A stretch of 52,203 bases of DNA, filler included, from Bipalium vagum (Eukaryota): NCBI GenBank assembly GCA_037834085.1. It is 3 parts of 3 records of this genome, joined end to end, with 100 filler letters (N's around TTAATTAATTAA, not from the genome) between each part and the next. Parts side by side here need not be neighbours in the genome. Positions count along the whole stretch, not along the records: positions 16,899 to 33,801 come from JBBMKC010087258.1; positions 33,902 to 52,203 come from JBBMKC010033441.1; 1 more part is not named here. One strand, written 5' to 3'. Positions within the stretch are counted from its first letter, which is position 1; the number at the start of each line of letters is the position of its first letter. Below the pieces are notes generated by a model. The model was not told the origin of the DNA and searched no databases. It saw only the letters and a program-made list of their open reading frames with translations. This document shows, one piece after another, positions 25,824 through 36,919 of this stretch. The translations under genes and the position numbers were made by a program.

Positions 25824-28618
25824 TCATACTTTTGTGGAAGTGATAAACGACTTTTCAAATTTTTGATAATCAGGAATTCCATCGCCATCTTCATCTTCTT
25901 GATAATCTGGTATTCCATCTCCATCAGAATCTTTTTCTAAATAATCTGGAATTCCGTCTCCATCTGCATCTTCTTTATAATCTGGTATTCCATCACCGTC
26001 AGAATCTTTATCTAAATAATCCGGAATTCCATCTCCATCAGAATCCTCTTGATAATCCGGTATCCCATCTCCATCAGAATCTTTTTCTAAATAATCTGGA
26101 ATTCCATCTCCATCAGAATCTTCTTTATCATCAGGTATTCCATCTCCATCAGAATCTTTATCTAAATAATCAGGAATTCCATCTCCATCAGAATCCTCTT
26201 GATAATCTGGTATTCCATCTCCATCAGAATCCTTTTCTAAATAATCAGGTATTCCATCTCCATCTTCATCTTCTTGATAGTCTGGTATTCCATCTCCATC
26301 AGAATCCTTTTCTAAATAATCAGGTATTCCATCTCCATCTTCATCCTCTTTATAATCTGGTATTCCATCTCCGTCAGAATCTATTTCTAAATAGTCAGGA
26401 ATTCCGTCTCCATCAGAATCTACTTTAGAACCAGATACTTTAGAATCTTTATTTTTATCTTTTACACGGTTCGACTTTTCATCTTTATTAGTATATTTTT
26501 CTAAAATATCTGTTTTACCATTTTCTTTATCTTGGAGATTTGAAACTGCGTTTTCATCAGAATCTTTATCCAGATAATCAGGAACACCATCTCCATCTTC
26601 ATCTTCCATATAATCAGGAATTCCATCTCCATCAGAATCATTTTCAAGATAATCAGGAATTCCATCACCATCTTCATCTTCCTTGTAGTCCGGAATTCCA
26701 TCTCCGTCAGAATCCTTTTCAAGATAATCAGGAATTCCATCACCATTTTCATCTTCTTTATAATCCGGTATTCCATCTCCATCTGAATCTTTTTCTAAAT
26801 AATCCGGAATTCCATCTCCATTTTCATCTTCTTTATAATCAGGTATTCCATCTCCATCAGAATCCTTTTCTAAATAATCAGGTATTCCATCTCCATCTTC
26901 ATCTTCTTGATAGTCTGGTATTCCATCTCCATCAGAATCTTTTTCTAAATAATCAGGTATTCCATCTCCATCTTCATCTTCTTGATAGTCTGGTATTCCA
27001 TCTCCATCAGAATCATTCTCAAGATAATCAGGTATTCCATCTCCATCAGCATCTTCTTTATAATCTGGTATTCCATCTCCATCTGAATCTTTTTCTAAAT
27101 AATCTGGAATTCCATCCCCATCAGCATCTTCTTTATAATCAGGTATTCCATCTCCATCTGAATCCTTTTCAAGATAATCTGGAATTCCATCTCCATCTGA
27201 ATCTTCTTTGTAATCCGGTATTCCATCTCCGTCAGAATCGATTTCAAGATAATCAGGAATTCCATCTCCATCTTCATCTAGCTTTTTATTTTGATTCTTG
27301 TTTTTCTGGGAAATTTTTTCCGGATTCTTCTTCGGTCCATCATTTGCATTAGAAGCTGAAACATGAGGAATCTTTTTATCTTTAGAGTCTAATTTATTAG
27401 ACTTCTGTTCATTCTTTTTATTTGTGATGGTAGGAATAGGATTTTGAGTTTTACTTAATTCTTTAATTTTTTGATTTTTGGGATTTTTATCAACTACAGA
27501 TTGCGAAATTTTTGTTTTTATGTTTGTGTCGTATTTTTTCTGTTTTCCAGGATCTGTAGTTACCGATATCGATTTCTCTTTGGTGACTTGATGTATGGGT
27601 TCCTTCAACATTTCGATTTGTTCTTCATACTCAGTCGAATCATCTTCTTGATTATTTTCATCATCTAGTTCAACTTCTTCGGATTGAACCTCTTCGCTTT
27701 CATCTATTGATAATAATTTTCTATTTTTGACGTTTGTCTCCTTCTTTTTCTCAGATGATTTTAATATTTTTCTGATTGACTTTTCTCTGAGTTTACAATC
27801 AAGTATTCCGTCTCCATTTGCGTCATCATCCAACTCATCGTTTATTCCATCATTATCATCATCAATGTCAACATTGTCCATTATTCCATCATTGTCTGAA
27901 TCTTGCATATCATCATCTACTCCGTTATCGTCGGCATCCTTGTCTTTAGAATCAGGAATTCCATCGCAATCATGATCTAAAATTCTTTTAGATTTGGTTG
28001 ATGGCTTTGGTTTCTTTACATTCTTAACAACCTTAACCGGTTTTTTCTTTATTGGTGCTTTCTTCGTGGTCTTTTTTGATTTTTTTTCCACAATAGGCTT
28101 TGTTTTAACTGATTTTGTAGGAACAACTGGAGCCTTTGTTACTTTTGTTTCAGTCTTCACAGTCGAATGTTTTACTTCACTAGTTGTTTTTACTTTTTTA
28201 TTCGTAGATTTCAATTTTGTTTCTGTTTTAGATTGGGAGGTTTCTGGTGATTTTGAGACTGTGGGTTTTGGAGGTTTTGTTACTTTAACAGGTGTTTTGG
28301 TTGTTACCGCTGATTGGGTTGTTTTATGCTTACTTTCTTTTGGTTTTTTAGTTTTTTTACTAACTGGTGAGTCGGTTGATTTTTTAAACGTTTTTCCTGA
28401 TTTACCAATTTCCAAGGCTTGTTGGCGAATAAGTTTTAGGTTGATTGACTTCTTTTGATTTTCTATGTTAGCTTCTTCTTCAGTTTGTTTACGTATTCTT
28501 AGGACGCGTTTTATTTTTCCACTTCTAGATTTAATCAATTTATAATTTATGAAATCATCACGTCTGCAATCAGGTATTCCATCTCCATTAGCATCTGGAT
28601 CATTGACATCCAGTATTC
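25824..28618 (-). CDS. Terminal exon (2795 nt) of the Ca2+-binding repeat protein
   Basis: 934-aa ORF in the track. The exon starts at the acceptor tctttag|GA (28618), so the ORF's MSL start is intronic. It contains Lys/Thr-rich linkers, one full Cys module and 34 C-terminal DxDGDGIPD motifs. Confidence 0.93.
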
Positions 28619-31600
28619 CTAAAGACATAACGTTTCTTTTAATATCGGAATAAAATTATATACCATCATTATCATCATCTTCGTCAATATGATTCAAATC
28701 TCCATCCATATCAGAGTCCTGTGTACGATCGATCTTTCCATCATTGTCAATATCAAGGTCCATATCATCAGGAATTCCATCACAGTCTTTATCGCCTCGA
28801 TCTCCAAGATCAACATCAACATTGGCCTCCTGTCTGGCTTGAGAAGCTAAGATTTTTTAAAAAAATATCATTCTCTTCATTTTCAATAATAAGAACCAAT
28901 CATTATCATTTTTATTATCTGAAAATCTGCTCTAAGCTTCTCTTACTTAAATATTATAAATCTTTTGTCCAATGAAATCTTTTGTACGAATAATTAAACT
29001 AATTAAATTTTAAAAACAAAAAAATCTTTGATTATAAGGAATTAAAAAAAATTAATTATTAAAAACTAAATATACAGGGTGCATCAGCTATTTGAGTACA
29101 AAAATTGTTAATATATATCATGATAATTTTTTTAGTGGCTCTAAAATTGATGTACAATATTTATTGATACAACATTAAATAATTATTCTTTAATTTAGAA
29201 ATGGAAGAGATAACTTTTGAATTAACACAAAAAATGAAAAAAGCTTGCAGTTATTGTTGCATTAGCCGCCGGACACAGTGATTTAGAAATTTCTTAATGT
29301 GGTCAAATCGTTTGTCAATAAAATTAGAAAGGAATGTTTGGCATCTGATCGAAATGTTGACTCTATATCTAAAAGAAAAACATATTCCTCATGTTCAGAC
29401 ATTGTCAGAAATGTTAATTTTGTTCAAAAAGTCCAAGATTTTGCTCATGAAAGTCCCGGAAAATCAATGAGAGAAATTGCCTATCGACTATCGGTTTCTG
29501 AGTCAACAGTAAGACGAACGGTACACAATGATTTAAAATGCAAGTCCTACGTCATGAGAAGAAGACGTTTTGTATCGGCAAAAATCAAAGAAAATTGTTT
29601 AATCTGCTCGAAGTGTCTTTTAAATAAAACCAAGCATCCTGATCATCCAAACATGCTATGATTCTTTTCTGATGAAAAACTTTTTACTCAAGATCTAAAG
29701 GTTAATAGGAGGAACGATCGATGGCTGTCCTCCAGTGCTTCTGAAGTCCCTAATGCTATGGACAACCAAGTTTCCATCATCTTTAATGATATTGGGTGTT
29801 GTGAGCAACGAAGGTCATGTTATGCCTCCGCATTTCTTTCCACAGGGACTTGGAATTAATGCATCTATTTATATACATATGTGAAGTCCTGGATTAAAAA
29901 AGTTGCCTACGGAAGGCCTTCTGTATTCCAACAACACTCAGCTCCCTGCCATACAGCATTAAAAACACAAAAATGGCTATCGCTAAATTTTACCGACCAT
30001 GTCACTCAAAACTTATGGCCACCTAGCTCACCCGACTTAACTGCTTTGGACTATTTCGTATGGGGCGTCGTAGAGAAGGAGACGAACAAACATCCTCATA
30101 ATACCAAAGATTCATTATGAGCTTCTATAAGTTCTGCTATAATAAAGATGGAAAAAAAAATTTGATCGCAGCTTGTAAGCTGCTTTTCAGAAGCCGCCTT
30201 GAAGGTGTAATTAACAGTGAAGGCGATTTTATTGCATAAATAAAACTTGTGTGCTTAAAACAAATAAAGTTTCTAATACTGCTTAAAAATATAATTTCTT
30301 TTCATTAAAATATTACTTAACTTTAATATTAATATTTGTCCTCGAATAGCTGACGCTGTAATATTTAAATAAAATATTTTCAAAAAATCTTTTATTTTCC
30401 ATTTAATTTAAGAAAAATATTTTTAGAACATTTTATAGACAAATATTCACATTTTCAACTTAAATATCAAAAATGTGACCAAAAGACCTTTCTTCCGCTT
30501 GGTATATTTTTTAAAAACTAATCTAATTTATATTTTGATAAAAATTCCAAATAATGGATAAACTCATTATATTATAAAGGGTCTATCTGTATCCTTGATT
30601 CAAGAGAATAATACTTCAATACTTTTTGTTACTTATTAACATTAAAGGTTTTTACTTCAGGAAATAAAATATTATATTTGTACACCAAGAAAATGTGACT
30701 CATATATAAAATAAAAATATGATTTCCTTCCTCTATCTGCAAATGGTTTGTCCAGAATTGAAATAAATGTATTATGGTTGTATATAATTTAAGATTTATT
30801 TTTATCTAATCTTGAAAAATAATAAATAAGAAAAATATAATTTAACAATATCCAAATTCAAACACCATTTTAATCACTTGAAACATTTAATAATTATTAT
30901 TCTTGTCAACCATACGATTAGATGAGGGAAAAACTTTTATTGTCATACACAGATTTTTAATTTTCATATATTACTTTCAATTAAAAGTATATCCATTTTA
31001 TAAAATGTAAAGAAAATTGAATTATTATAATACTTTTCATTACATTTACCAGGCCCAATCTGCTGCTTATAACTCCTCTGGTCATTAGAAATACTTTGAA
31101 AGACAGAAGCTTCAACATTTTGATGAAATTTATAATAATATTGTCGTCATCATAACGTCAATTTCTCTGCCGAGCTTTTAAACTCAAAAACATTTTATAC
31201 GCCTTCGAAAAAAATGTTTTCACCGAAATTTGTAACAATAACATTTTCTACTCTATTTTATAAAATATGAAAATATTTCATCTTAAGTTCTGAATAATTT
31301 AATACAATTGTATATTTGTTGTACGTTTTATAAATTATAAATTATTTATTAATTTCAATTAACTAAATAAGTTTAAAATCAACCTGAGTAGTTAAATATG
31401 ATTTTATAATCAAACTTTAATAAAATCGGTAAAATTTTAAATAATTCTTTTATGTATTTAATGATTTTCACCATTTCATTTTACTGCTATATGCTTAACA
31501 GAACAAAAGATGATAAAAAATCGAAAGATGATATAAAAAATTGGATTTTTGAAAGTAATTTAAAATTAAAACAAAAATATATATCTTTAAAAAATTCCCA

Positions 31601-31905
31601 TATGACTATTAAAACTTTTCTATTCTAGTTTTATTTGGAAAAACCTAACAAATTATCTCTAGGAAATTCAATCTAAAAACACCAAATGTTTAAAACTAAT
31701 AAAATATCATTAAAAGTAACCGTGATCAAAATATAAAAATCCTCGTTAAAAAAATAAGTTACAATCTAAAACTAAAGAATAATAATTCTACATATAAATA
31801 ACAATAAGTAACAAAAATGGAACCATGAACAATAAAAGCAAAAATATAAAAAATAAATAAAAATAATAAACAATAAAAATAAAATAATAGTAATAACTAT
31901 TATTT

Positions 31906-31944
<39 letters not shown>

Positions 31945-33408
31945 ATTTTATTATATTATAACTATTAATATTAATATTAATATTATCCATCAAATATCTC
32001 AAATCAATGTTACCAACTCTAAATTTCTAACTCCTATAACATCAAGATTCTCTCGCTTTATTACTTAAAATAAAATTTTAAGATCTTGAAATCACGAAAA
32101 ACCAATTTTCCACATTTGACTAAATTTTAATTAAATAATAAAAAAACGATTTGGTTTACAGTACTTAATTTAAATTATCACGGTTACTTTTATTATAGAT
32201 CTAATAAAATAATCTAAAATTAAGACTATGGAAAATACTACCATCTAGAAACACTAGAATTTCTAAATTTTATTTCTTGATATTTAACCTTTGACTTCCA
32301 TAAAGTCATCGTTATCCGGTAATATTAGGCCATTAGGATAAAGTGTTATATAGAGCGGCATCAATCGACGTTGGATTGTTGGGATTATTCTTTCAACTAT
32401 TAACATTTTAAAGAAAGAAATAGTAAAATGTGTGGACAACCGTTAATAAAATTAAATAACTTTCCTTACCTGGTAAAGCATCCATTTGTTGAGTCTTTTT
32501 GTAAAGCAGAAAGGCCATTGAATCTGGATCCAAATAATCCGGTATTCCATCATTGTCATCATCCGGATCTAGATGATCAGGGATACCATCACCGTCTGAA
32601 TCCCGTGGTCTGCAATCAATGACTCCGTCTCCGTTTGCATCAGGATCGGATTTATCTTTAAGAATATTTTTGTCACATCATTAAGAATTGTTAATAATTA
32701 AAATAATAATTTCTCTCATAATTTCTGTAGCTGCATTGAACAACATTATTCTTCTTTAATTGTTCAACTAGTTTATTTAATTTATTAAAACAAAACTTCG
32801 AAATTTCTTAATAGATTCCAATATATTGGAAATCTCGTAAAAAATATTTCTAGAATTTTTTAATCTTGAAACAAAACTTTTCAGTATAACAGTATTTTCT
32901 GTTTTAATTGTTTCACATTTTATAAGCAATACTTATAAATAAAGTACAAAATATAAATATTTATAAAAAAAATTGACTTACCGGGTATTCCATCGTTATC
33001 ATCATCATTATCCCACTCGTTTAAGACACCATCATTATCGCTGTCCTAAGTAATAAAACCAAAGGATAATATACGATTTAATTTTTATTGATATTAATAT
33101 TATTTTATTTATTTATAATTATTAATTTTTTATTTATGCTTTTTGCTAAACCATACCTGTTTATTATCAAAGTATCCATCATTATCGTCATCTGGGTCAA
33201 TAAGATCGGGTATCCCATCACAATCTCGATCTTGCATGTGATCTGGTATTCCATCATTATTCATATCATTGTCAATATTGTCTGGAACTCCATCTTTGTC
33301 TTTGTCTGGAAATAGATCACTTTCACCATCTCCATCAGAGTCATAATCCCTGTGGTCAGGAATCCCATCATTGTCGTCATCTTTGTCCATACTATCTGGA
33401 ATCCCATC
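25824..33408 (-). CDS. Multi-exon, 5'-incomplete gene for a large acidic protein with DxDxDGIPD (thrombospondin type-3-like) Ca2+-binding repeats, at least 1195 aa; exons 33408-33157, 33045-32982, 32655-32470, 32396-32289, 28846-28664, 28618-25824
   Basis: Spliced by hand. All five introns are GT-AG (111, 326, 73, 3442 and 45 bp) with compatible phases (0,1,1,1,1). Summed exons give 3588 nt open to TGA at 25826-25824. Independent check: two Cys-x56-Cys modules that cross splice junctions come out at exactly 174 nt, the same as the third, intron-free copy. The first visible exon has an AG acceptor, so upstream exons are missing, probably beyond the spacer at 33802. Confidence 0.9.
25860..26420 (-). 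repeat. Coding tandem array 2: 15 alternating 13-aa and 12-aa [10 protein letters not shown] units
   Basis: 7x13 + 8x12 = 187 aa = 561 nt. Confidence 0.95.
26565..27278 (-). repeat. Coding tandem array 1: 19 alternating 13-aa and 12-aa [10 protein letters not shown] units (75-bp period)
   Basis: 10x13 + 9x12 = 238 aa = 714 nt, counted from the translation. Confidence 0.95.
28664..28846 (-). CDS. Internal exon (183 nt, phase 1-1): [27 protein letters not shown]...DEDDDND
   Basis: Acceptor tcttag, donor G|gtatat, open frame with DxDxDG motifs. Confidence 0.9.
29075..30358 (+). mobile_element. Near full-length, defective maT (DD37D) transposon in the 3.4-kb intron, antisense to the host gene
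   Basis: TA-flanked TIRs CAGGGTGCATCAGCTATTTGAG.ACAAA and its reverse complement (with a small deletion); FFSDEK; VFQQ[H]SAPCH...[13 protein letters not shown] with 37 residues between catalytic positions 2 and 3. The second Asp is mutated to His; there are stops and frameshifts. Confidence 0.93.
31711..32192. mobile_element. MITE-like element bounded by 16-bp perfect inverted repeats (intronic)
   Basis: TAAAAGTAACCGTGAT (31711-31726) and ATCACGGTTACTTTTA (32177-32192); the outer TA fits a Tc1/mariner TSD; contains an (AT)n tract. Confidence 0.6.
32289..32396 (-). CDS. Internal exon (108 nt, phase 1-1): [36 protein letters not shown]
   Basis: Acceptor aatag, donor G|gttaaa, open frame, higher GC than its flanks. 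It has no repeat motifs and its phases are symmetric, so it is less certain than the other exons. Confidence 0.7.
32470..32655 (-). CDS. Internal exon (186 nt, phase 1-1): [27 protein letters not shown]...QQMDALP
   Basis: Acceptor ttaaag, donor G|gtaagg, repeat motifs in frame. Confidence 0.9.
32982..33045 (-). CDS. Internal exon (64 nt, phase 0-1): [21 protein letters not shown]
   Basis: Acceptor cttag, donor G|gtaagt, repeat motifs. Confidence 0.9.
33157..33408 (-). CDS. Most 5' visible exon (252 nt, phase 0-0): [18 protein letters not shown]...DGYFDNKQ
   Basis: Acceptor catttag, donor CAG|gtatgg; overlaps track ORF 33130..33390. Confidence 0.9.
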
Positions 33409-33801
33409 CTAAATGGAGAAAAAAACTTTTATTTTACTGAAACATAAAAGTTATAAATTTTTTCAAATGAATCCGTTTTTTATTTTGTTTTTGATATTGA
33501 AAGTTACAATATTAATATTTTATTTTAGATTTATTCTAAAAATCAAATGGAGTTCGGTATATGAAAAAGAATATTGTTCAATAATTACTTTTTCCTATGT
33601 ACAAAATATCTTCTATAGATTTCTCAATTTTTTTGAAATAAATTCATAAGATATTATAATTATATTATTATAAAAAATAATATTAGGGTGTCCCATAAAA
33701 AATGAGCGTTTTTGTTATAATGACAAATTAAAGAAAATATGTTCTTGAATTAATAAATATAAAACATTGATTATTTATTTTGAATATTTAAAATTTTCTG
33801 A

Positions 33802-33901
33802 NNNNNNNNNNNNNNNNNNNNNNNNNNNNNNNNNNNNNNNNNNNNTTAATTAATTAANNNNNNNNNNNNNNNNNNNNNNNNNNNNNNNNNNNNNNNNNNN
33901 N
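33802..33901. other. Artificial assembly spacer (44 N + TTAATTAATTAA + 44 N)
   Basis: Same structure as 16799-16898. Confidence 0.97.
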
Positions 33902-34093
33902 AGTTTTTAAAATGTGATGTTAAATGTTAGAAATGTGATTAAAGTGTCTAAAATTATTAAATTCTTTAATTTAAAAATGTTTTGTAACTATTAATAAAAT
34001 TAGCAGTGAGATGGCTATTTAAAAAAGGATTTCTTTAAATAATTGGTTTTACAGTCAAAGCAGAAAATCAAATAATGTCTCCAGCAGAATATA
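33902..34093 (+). mobile_element. Partial LTR homologous to the Gypsy 3' LTR at about 50880-51166, followed by (AAT)n
   Basis: Colinear match taaaattattaaatt...cagtgag...tatttaaaaaag.attt...tcaaataatgtc..cagcagaatataa. Confidence 0.8.
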
Positions 34094-34094
34094 A

Positions 34095-34135
<41 letters not shown>

Positions 34136-34739
34136 TAATCTTTTTTATATTATATTTTAATTTCAATTAAGAAGCAATGAAATAAATTAGCTTCACCACA
34201 GATCACAATATATCTTGCCAAATTTCAAAATGAGTTTCTGTTTAATTTTATACAATTTACATATATTATTCTCTGAATATAAAGAGAAATATGTTTTCCC
34301 TATAAATTAAAATATGAAAAATATTTATTCCATGTAAATTAGTTTTCCATATTGATCTTGACTCAGAAATATAATTATCATTGTATATTAATTTAGTTTC
34401 ATCTGACAAATGTTTGGTTTGCTTCCCTTCTTGAAACGACTGACTTTAGTGTTTCGTTAATTGGATGAGAAAAAAACAAGAAAATAGTAAATTTGTCAAT
34501 AACTTTTCAAAAACATAATAGAAAACTCATTTGCAAATAAGTTTATATTTCCTAGTTTTTGGTAATTATAATAATAATAATAATATATATATTATAATAA
34601 TGATCATAAAAATATAATTATATTATAAAAAAATATAATAAGAAAAAGAATAAAAAATATAATATAATATAAAATTATAATAAAAAAGGAATAAAAAAAT
34701 ATTATCTTATTATAAATAACATACTTAAAGTTATATATA

Positions 34740-35083
34740 CAGTACCTGGAAATAAGTAATAAGCCACCAGTAGTATTATGCATTCATGATTTGTTTCATT
34801 ATACTGTTGTTATTAATATACGCTATTTATAATATTTCATTGATTTTGTATCAATGAAGTATCATTATCAAATATGTTCATTTTTAGGAATGAGACACTG
34901 TCGGAAATTATCAGACAAAGTGCATTTACGTCGTATTTATGGCCGAAAAACGAATTTTTGAAAGAGAAATTGCAAAGAAGCTCAATACAAGTCGAGGAAA
35001 TGTATAAGCAATTTTGAAGAAATAAAAGACGACTGGCTCAGTGAAAGATATCCAGAAGACTGGGAGACCTAGAAAGACGGAAA
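34740..35083 (+). mobile_element. Tc1-like element, 5' part (cut by the N gap)
   Basis: TA|CAGTACCTGG start; REIAKKLNTSRGNV*AILKK*KTTGSVKDIQKTGRPRKT. Confidence 0.85.
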
Positions 35084-35779
35084 ANNNNNNNNNNNNNNNN
35101 NNNNNNNNNNNNNNNNNNNNNNNNNNNNNNNNNNNNNNNNNNNNNNNNNNNNNNNNNNNNNNNNNNNNNNNNNNNNNNNNNNNNNNNNNNNNNNNNNNNN
35201 NNNNNNNNNNNNNNNNNNNNNNNCTAATCCCTTTCTTAATAAGACTTAAGTTTTTTCGATCTTGTTATTAATGGAATATAATAATCAAATACCTCCATAT
35301 TCCATTAATAACACTATCGTTCTCTCGCTTAAGCTTCGTGGACAATTTTGTTACGAAAGGGAGGCAACAGTTTTAATGTGTACTTAAAAATGAACCAGAG
35401 TACATAGACTCAAAATATATTGTAAAAAAGTAATTATTTATTTTGCACAAAACTTTGTACTAATCTTTGAACTGTGGTAACTTTCACTGATAAAAGACTG
35501 CAACATCGCAACAGACATGATTATGATGATAATATTTATTAATATAGGAGGATTAATTAATTTTGAATGAACAAAACATAATTAATATAATTCCCAGTTG
35601 CAAAACTCTTCTTTAATAATTAATTATTAATGCGGAAATTAATTAATTATTTAAAGAAAGATTTTAGAAGGATAAATTTAAAATTAATTAATTACGGTAT
35701 TTAATTATTATTAATTTATTTTAATCAAATTGCATTATTATAATGATAATTGTCTTTATCATTATTTTAAATATGACGT

Positions 35780-36700
35780 GGGTGTTGTTCGAAAAATAAT
35801 AATAACAAACTTGCCAAAAGGTAATAATACATAGTACAATTAAAACAGCTGTTACATTTGTTCAAAGTAGTACTCAGCGTTGTTTGTATACGTTGTTAAA
35901 CGGTTTTTACATTCCTTGTAGTAAGAAACAGTCATCTAGAACCAAAACTCACATGCAATCTAGGTTAGGACTGTAATGTAGGTGTAATATAGAATAATTC
36001 CAAGATTATGAGGAGGCTAATTAGACCTAGGGATTTTTTTTAATTATTTATTTTAAAATATTTAAAAATTATGAATGAAATTTTAAAAATAAAATTATTT
36101 TTAAAATTTAATAAAAAAAAGAAATTCCCAGGTCTGAGAAAATCTGTTTAAATATTATTTATATCACTTAATAAAATATATTCAAAAAATATCTTCTAAT
36201 TCTGACTACAAGCCGATTGATATTAACAAAGATATTCAACGAAATCTATCACAACGTGTGATTTATGAAGGGGCGTTATCATGATAAAGATAATCTTTTG
36301 CATACCTATCGTATAAAAATCTTTCTGTTTGTGACAGCTAAAAGTCACCGTCAAAGAAAATTTCATTCATCAATCTGTGTTTTACAATGCTTTGGCATCT
36401 AAGGAGAATGATACACTTCAGAAATACATACCATATTTTATTGCTTTCTTTGGCTTCAAAATAGTGTTTTCAAGTTTCATCACAAGCGACGATTCGAAGG
36501 AAGGAGTTTTTGCTAATATTTCAGAAACGACTGATCGATAGATTTTCACTCTCGCTTCCCCTTGCAACTCCGTGAGCAAATGTGATACCCAACCGGAACA
36601 AATATTTTTGTATCGTAATTTCATTTTTATATTGAGAAATAAAAATAGAGATTGAAATAACTGCCTTCTGTGGTTTTCCAATTTTAAAGTTTGCCACCTC
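35780..36700 (-). mobile_element. Degenerate mariner (irritans-like) interrupted by an insertion
   Basis: ICSGWVSHLLT, LYHDNAPS, HYSPNL; the insertion at 35983-36228 lies just before the YSPxL motif. Confidence 0.8.
35983..36228. mobile_element. Solo-LTR-like insertion nested in the mariner
   Basis: TGTAATA...TATTAACA termini (TG..CA); a second copy lies at about 22485-22672; no clean TSD. Confidence 0.55.
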
Positions 36701-36919
36701 CGAAAGACAGGATTTTCAGGTTACTTTAATCCAATAAGAATTTCATTTAAACTAAATGTATATCCAATTCAACTTAAACTTTGTCCAATTTAATTATAAA
36801 CTTTACTTTATTATAATCTGTTATTTATTAATATATAATTATTATATGTAAAACACTATTAAAAACTATTATTATAAGTAAAATATAAGACTTTATTGCC
36901 TAATCATAAACGAAATAAA

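Noticed and set aside
25860-27278. Regular repeats resembling a CRISPR array
   Set aside because: No unique spacers; the units are in-frame coding repeats in a spliced eukaryotic gene, and no cas genes are present.
26540-27352. 270-aa His/Leu-rich ORF on the plus strand, and ORFs 26501..26782, 27095..27277, 27727..27975, 27994..28458
   Set aside because: Antisense or alternate-frame shadows of the repetitive minus-strand exon.
28619-28628. ATG start of the 934-aa ORF as a single-exon gene
   Set aside because: It lies inside a 45-bp GT-AG intron; splicing to the upstream exon completes Cys module 2 exactly.
31040-31230. Extra exon within the long intron
   Set aside because: No repeat motifs, and not needed to keep the gene in frame; it looks more like a decayed transposase trace.
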